A DNA stretch of 9,054 nucleotides from an archaeon (lineage in GTDB: Archaea; Iainarchaeota; Iainarchaeia; Iainarchaeales; CSSED10-239): assembly GCA_037147375.1 (NCBI GenBank), contig JBAWVI010000036.1, positions 1-9,054 of the forward strand. The letters run 5' to 3'. The position numbers and the translations under genes were made by a program. Under the pieces are notes generated by a model that was not told where the DNA came from, searched no databases, and was given only the letters and a program-made list of their open reading frames with translations. This document shows positions 5,919-9,054 of the stretch, piece after piece (the first letter of the stretch is position 1; each line of letters opens with the position of its first letter).

Positions 5919-6232
5919 AATGTCACCTTTGTAAAGGTAAAGCTGTATTAAGATCAAGAGAGATGAAATTTAATAATGGTGATATTACATTTAAAGATTC
6001 TCCTTATTATGAATGTTCTAAATGTAAAGAAGAGTTTGCAACCAGTGAACAGATGTATGAAATAAATGATAAAATACATGCAAAGTTTGCATTTAGAAGG
6101 CCAATAATTAATGCAGGTAGAAGTTTAGCAATAACTCTTCCTTCAGATATTGTAAAGGAATATAAATTAGATAAAGGTCAAGAGGTTAGAATAATACCTC
6201 AAAATAGTAAAAAAATATTAATTCAATTATAA
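5897..6232 (+). CDS. Zinc-ribbon (YgiT/MqsA-type) plus AbrB/SpoVT/MazE-type DNA-binding domain protein, putative antitoxin
   Basis: 111 aa. The four Cys ligands are C9-x2-C12 and C40-x2-C43 (KCHLCKG ... YYECSKCKEEFATSEQ). The C-terminal GRSLAITLPSDIVKEYKLDKGQEVRIIPQNSKKILIQL is a typical swapped-hairpin AbrB-like motif. The start lies inside the 3' end of the preceding ORF. Confidence 0.65.
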   Translation: MEYEKEIKCHLCKGKAVLRSREMKFNNGDITFKDSPYYECSKCKEEFATSEQMYEINDKIHAKFAFRRPIINAGRSLAITLPSDIVKEYKLDKGQEVRIIPQNSKKILIQL

Positions 6233-6249
6233 ATGAAAGGAAAAAAAAG

Positions 6250-7590
6250 ATGTACTTATTTTTATTAGGAAGAGATTCTAGTTTATCAAAACTTGAACTA
6301 TCTATTTATTTAGATAAAGAAAAAATTAATTATAAGATTTTTAAAGAAGAAAATACTTATCTCTTAATTGATTTTCTTGGTTATCAAATTAATTCAAATA
6401 AGATGATTACTGATCTTGGTGGAATAATTAGAATTGCAAATATTTATCACACTACAAAAACAATTGATGACAAACTAATTTATAAATTAGATTTTTTAAA
6501 CAAAAAAAGCTTTAATTATTCTCTTTCAACAATTGATGTTGATGAAGATGAAATTGAAAACGTAAATGAAATAATAAAAACTTATTTTAGAGAAGAAAAA
6601 GCAAAAGCTGTTTTTAAGAAACCTAAACTATTACCTGTAATTAAAGGTAAAAAGAAACTTGTTAGAAGAGATATTATTAATCCAGACAACGTTATGTCTT
6701 GGGGTCTTTTAAAGAATGGATTTGAATTATTTATTTTAAAATTAGATGAAGAATACATTTTTGCAAAAACAATTGCTTGCTCAACATCTAATGATTATAT
6801 ATTTAAAGATAAGAATAGACCTATTAAAAAAGATCTATTTTCAACATCTTTTAGATTAACTAAGATTATGCTTAACATCTTAGGGCTTCCAAGTGGAAGA
6901 ACTATTGTTGATCCATTTTGTGGAGTTGGTACCTTCTTGATTGAAGGATTAATTGAAGGTTATGATGTTATTGGTATTGATAAGAACAATGAAATGGTTG
7001 CTGGAGCAAGAAAGAATATTGCTTGGGCTGAAAAGAACTTCAAGATAGAAGGTAGAAACAAACTAATTATAGGAGATTCAACTAAGGTTTTCTTTAAGGC
7101 AGATGCTGCTTGCTTTGAACCATACATGGGTCCTTTCTTAGATGCTAGGCCTAATGAAAATAGAGTAAGACAGATACTTAGTGATATTGTTCCATTATAC
7201 TCAGCTTTGTTTGATAATCTATCACTTAATCTTAAAGGGAAAGGAAGAGTTGTTTGTGTTCTTCCTGAATTTCAAACATATGATGATAAAGTTATTAGAC
7301 TTCCAGAGAAAGTATTCCTTGCTCATGGGTTTAAGATAGTTCCCGGAAATGAATTATCAAGTAAGTTAAATGTAGTTAATCCTATTCCATACAATACACC
7401 AAGTGGATCAAAGATTTTAAGAAATATTTATATTCTTGAGAAGGGAGTAATGTCTGCACAAGAATTACAGAGATATAAATCAAACTCCACAGATGAAGAA
7501 ATTTATTTAGAAAAGAAAGCTGCATATGAAAACAAGGTTGCAACAAATAAGTTTGCAAAGAACTTTAAATCCAAGAACATGATTGATTAA
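6250..7590 (+). CDS. Class I SAM-dependent RNA methyltransferase, Trm11/Trm-G10 (UPF0020)-like, with a divergent motif IV and a C-terminal Lys-rich extension
   Basis: The N-terminus MYLFLLGRDSSLSKLELSIYL is Trm11-family-like. SFRLTKIMLNILGLPSGRTIVDPFCGVGTFLIEG contains SAM motif I (DPFCGVG, nt 6910-6930). Where DPPYG is expected, the sequence reads FEPYMG (nt 7114-7131). Confidence 0.75.
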   Translation: MYLFLLGRDSSLSKLELSIYLDKEKINYKIFKEENTYLLIDFLGYQINSNKMITDLGGIIRIANIYHTTKTIDDKLIYKLDFLNKKSFNYSLSTIDVDEDEIENVNEIIKTYFREEKAKAVFKKPKLLPVIKGKKKLVRRDIINPDNVMSWGLLKNGFELFILKLDEEYIFAKTIACSTSNDYIFKDKNRPIKKDLFSTSFRLTKIMLNILGLPSGRTIVDPFCGVGTFLIEGLIEGYDVIGIDKNNEMVAGARKNIAWAEKNFKIEGRNKLIIGDSTKVFFKADAACFEPYMGPFLDARPNENRVRQILSDIVPLYSALFDNLSLNLKGKGRVVCVLPEFQTYDDKVIRLPEKVFLAHGFKIVPGNELSSKLNVVNPIPYNTPSGSKILRNIYILEKGVMSAQELQRYKSNSTDEEIYLEKKAAYENKVATNKFAKNFKSKNMID

Positions 7591-7630
7591 TTGTTAGGGT
7601 TTAAAATGTATGTTATATTTGTTGGACACT
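7549..7630 (+). repeat. Direct repeat copy A (3' end of the methyltransferase gene, its stop, and a 33-bp noncoding element)
   Basis: It aligns without gaps to 7798-7879, an offset of exactly 249 nt, with about 61/82 identities by hand count. The noncoding core ggtttaaaatgtatgttatatttgttggacact (7598-7630) matches the second copy at 29/33 positions. Confidence 0.8.
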
Positions 7631-7653
7631 GAATTTAATGTTTTGGTGAAATT

Positions 7654-7839
7654 ATGAATGCTATTTTAAAAAAGGAGTATAATCGAACTTTAAAATGTTT
7701 AACAGAAGCCGAGATGGTTGCAAAGAAACTTGATAAAATAGATTATGAAATAAAGATGGGTAAAAGAAAATTATTAAATAATACTGATGCATTGGGTAAA
7801 TATGCAAAATATATTAAATCAAAAAACATAATAAATTAG
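7654..7839 (+). CDS. Small Lys-rich hypothetical protein (61 aa), paralogous to the C-terminal tail of the upstream methyltransferase
   Basis: GGTGA at 7645-7649 precedes the ATG. The stop is TAG. The C-terminus KYAKYIKSKNIIN compares with KFAKNFKSKNMID at the methyltransferase C-terminus. An ungapped 61-aa alignment gives 19 identities by hand count. Confidence 0.55.
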   Translation: MNAILKKEYNRTLKCLTEAEMVAKKLDKIDYEIKMGKRKLLNNTDALGKYAKYIKSKNIIN

Positions 7840-7879
7840 TGTCTGTGGTTTAAAGAGTGTGTTATATTTATTGGACACT
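7798..7879 (+). repeat. Direct repeat copy B (3' end of the 61-aa ORF, its stop, and a 33-bp noncoding element)
   Basis: The noncoding core is ggtttaaagagtgtgttatatttattggacact (7847-7879). In both copies the stop codon lies exactly 7 nt upstream of the core. Confidence 0.8.
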
Positions 7880-7913
7880 TCCAAAGCAAATAATCTAGGA
7901 GAGAAGATATTTT

Positions 7914-8618
7914 ATGAATAAAGGAAATAAATTTTTGATTGCATTTTTTTCATTAGTAATTTTTATAGTATTAATTTTAATTATTTCATCCATATTTAAT
8001 AAAGGTGGACCAGTAAATGGGGACACTAACCTAATTTATGATAATAATATTCCAACCACAAGAAGTGATGATCTTAATTTATCTTATCTTGATAAAATGT
8101 ACATAAACAATGATTACATTAAGGGTAATCCAAATGCTCCAGTAACAATTGTTGAGTTTTCAGATTTTCAATGTCCATTTTGTGTTAAGTTTTATAATGA
8201 TACATACAAACAAATAGAAGAAGAATATATTAAGACAGGAAAGGTTAAGTTTGTTTATAGAGACTTCCCTCTTCCTGGACATCAATATGCAGAAGGAGCA
8301 GCAGTTGCTGCTGAATGTGCAGGTCTTCAAGGCAAGTACTATCAAATGTACACTCTTTTATTTACTGATGGAGTTTCAGGAAACAAGGATCAATACATAA
8401 AATATGCAAAAGAAATAGGAATAGATGAAACTATCTTTACTGAATGTATAAATTCTAAAGTAACCTATAACGAGATTAGTCAAGACTATAAAGATGGATT
8501 ATTTTTAGAAATTATTTCAACACCTAGCTTTTTTATAAATGGAGAAGAAGTAATTGGTGCACAACCTTATGAAGTATTTAAGGAAGTAATAGATAGAATG
8601 CTTGCAATAAGTAAATAA
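7914..8618 (+). CDS. Membrane-anchored DsbA-family thiol:disulfide oxidoreductase (thioredoxin fold)
   Basis: The N-terminal TM helix is FLIAFFSLVIFIVLILIISSIF. PVTIVEFSDFQCPFCVKF carries the CPFC active site (nt 8172-8183). The DsbA/BdbD-like motifs FVYRDFPL and AAECAGLQGKYYQMYTLLF, and the cis-Pro region STPSFFINGE, are present. Confidence 0.85.
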   Translation: MNKGNKFLIAFFSLVIFIVLILIISSIFNKGGPVNGDTNLIYDNNIPTTRSDDLNLSYLDKMYINNDYIKGNPNAPVTIVEFSDFQCPFCVKFYNDTYKQIEEEYIKTGKVKFVYRDFPLPGHQYAEGAAVAAECAGLQGKYYQMYTLLFTDGVSGNKDQYIKYAKEIGIDETIFTECINSKVTYNEISQDYKDGLFLEIISTPSFFINGEEVIGAQPYEVFKEVIDRMLAISK

Positions 8619-8692
8619 ATAAGTTTAGTTTATATATTTAATTACGTATAATAATATAATAATTCTAAAAAACAAGAGGAAAAAGAGAAAAT

Positions 8693-9054
8693 ATGGAATG
8701 AACATTAGTTATTTTTAAACCAGATGCACTTAACAGAGCACTTGTTGGAGAAATCCTACATAGATTTGAAAGAAAAGGACTTAAGATAATTGGAATTAAG
8801 ATGGTACATCTTGATGATGATTTATTACATGATCATTATGCACATTTAAAGGATAAACCTTTTTTTCCAAGATTAAAAAGATTTATGCAAAGCACACCAT
8901 CAATTGTTTGCGCTCTTGATGGATTAAATGCAGTTACTGTTGTTAGAAATCTAGCTGGAGTTACAAAGGGTTACGATGCTCTTCCTGGAACAATAAGAGG
9001 AGATTTCTCAATTTCTGGACAATGTAATGTAGTTCATGCATCAGACTCAATAAC
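8693..9054 (+). CDS. ndk: Nucleoside diphosphate kinase. The 3' end is cut by the window edge, and an in-frame TGA sits at codon 3.
   Basis: From 8702 the frame reads TLVIFKPDALNRALVGEILHRFERKGLKIIGIKMV...KPFFPRLKRFM...PGTIRGDFSI...NVVHASDS, with all NDK hallmarks including the catalytic His. The upstream in-frame sequence is ATG GAA TGA (8693-8701). GAGGA lies at 8676-8680. No in-frame ATG/GTG/TTG occurs after the TGA until the Met in IKMV. Confidence 0.8.

Noticed and set aside
8160-8345. 61-aa minus-strand ORF
   Set aside because: It is antisense to the DsbA-like CDS, across that gene's conserved active-site region. It is a shadow ORF.
8699-8701. Genome-wide TGA reassignment (TGA as a sense codon) as the explanation for the ndk in-frame TGA
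   Set aside because: About 2,500 other codons in well-supported genes in this window contain no in-frame TGA, and Trp is always TGG. A general reassignment should leave more traces. It cannot be excluded from 9 kb alone, so it is kept only as a check within the ndk finding.
1-9054. Scan for CRISPR arrays, tRNA/rRNA genes, transposases or integrases
   Set aside because: There are no regularly spaced direct repeats, no T-loop (GTTCRANNC)-like motifs in the intergenic regions and no rRNA-like conserved blocks. No ORF carries DDE, tyrosine- or serine-recombinase signatures.

Overview
Strongly AT-rich, compact gene array with every supported gene on the plus strand. It looks archaeal and most resembles a small-genome, DPANN-type lineage (inference). 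Supporting signs are an archaeal/eukaryotic-type ribosomal protein L10e, a Trm11/Trm-G10-like RNA methyltransferase, and an archaeal class III (type IV pilin-like, QxSxE) signal peptide. There are also GGTGA/AGGAG ribosome-binding boxes, TATA-like boxes about 25-30 nt upstream of some ATGs, and oligo-T tracts after stop codons. Ten coding regions are supported: (1) a 694-aa modular surface protein; (2) a class II Fic enzyme; (3) a DUF4349-like membrane protein; (4) L10e with a long Lys/Ala/Pro tail; (5, 6) an overlapping small gene pair that looks like a toxin-antitoxin cassette; (7) an RNA methyltransferase; (8) a 61-aa ORF; (9) a membrane-anchored DsbA-like oxidoreductase; (10) the 5' part of ndk. 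No rRNA, tRNA, CRISPR array or transposase was recognised. The best candidates for something undescribed are the DUF4258-like protein paired with a hybrid MqsA-type zinc-ribbon/AbrB protein, and the pilin-signal-bearing modular adhesin. Also of note are a 249-nt-offset tandem duplication that leaves a conserved 33-bp noncoding element after two stop codons, and a perfect 12-bp-arm palindrome abutting the fic TATA box. Three further oddities are a 410-nt intergenic region with nested inverted repeats, an in-frame TGA at codon 3 of ndk, and the histone-H1-like tail on L10e. All family assignments come from remembered motifs and need HMM or structure confirmation.
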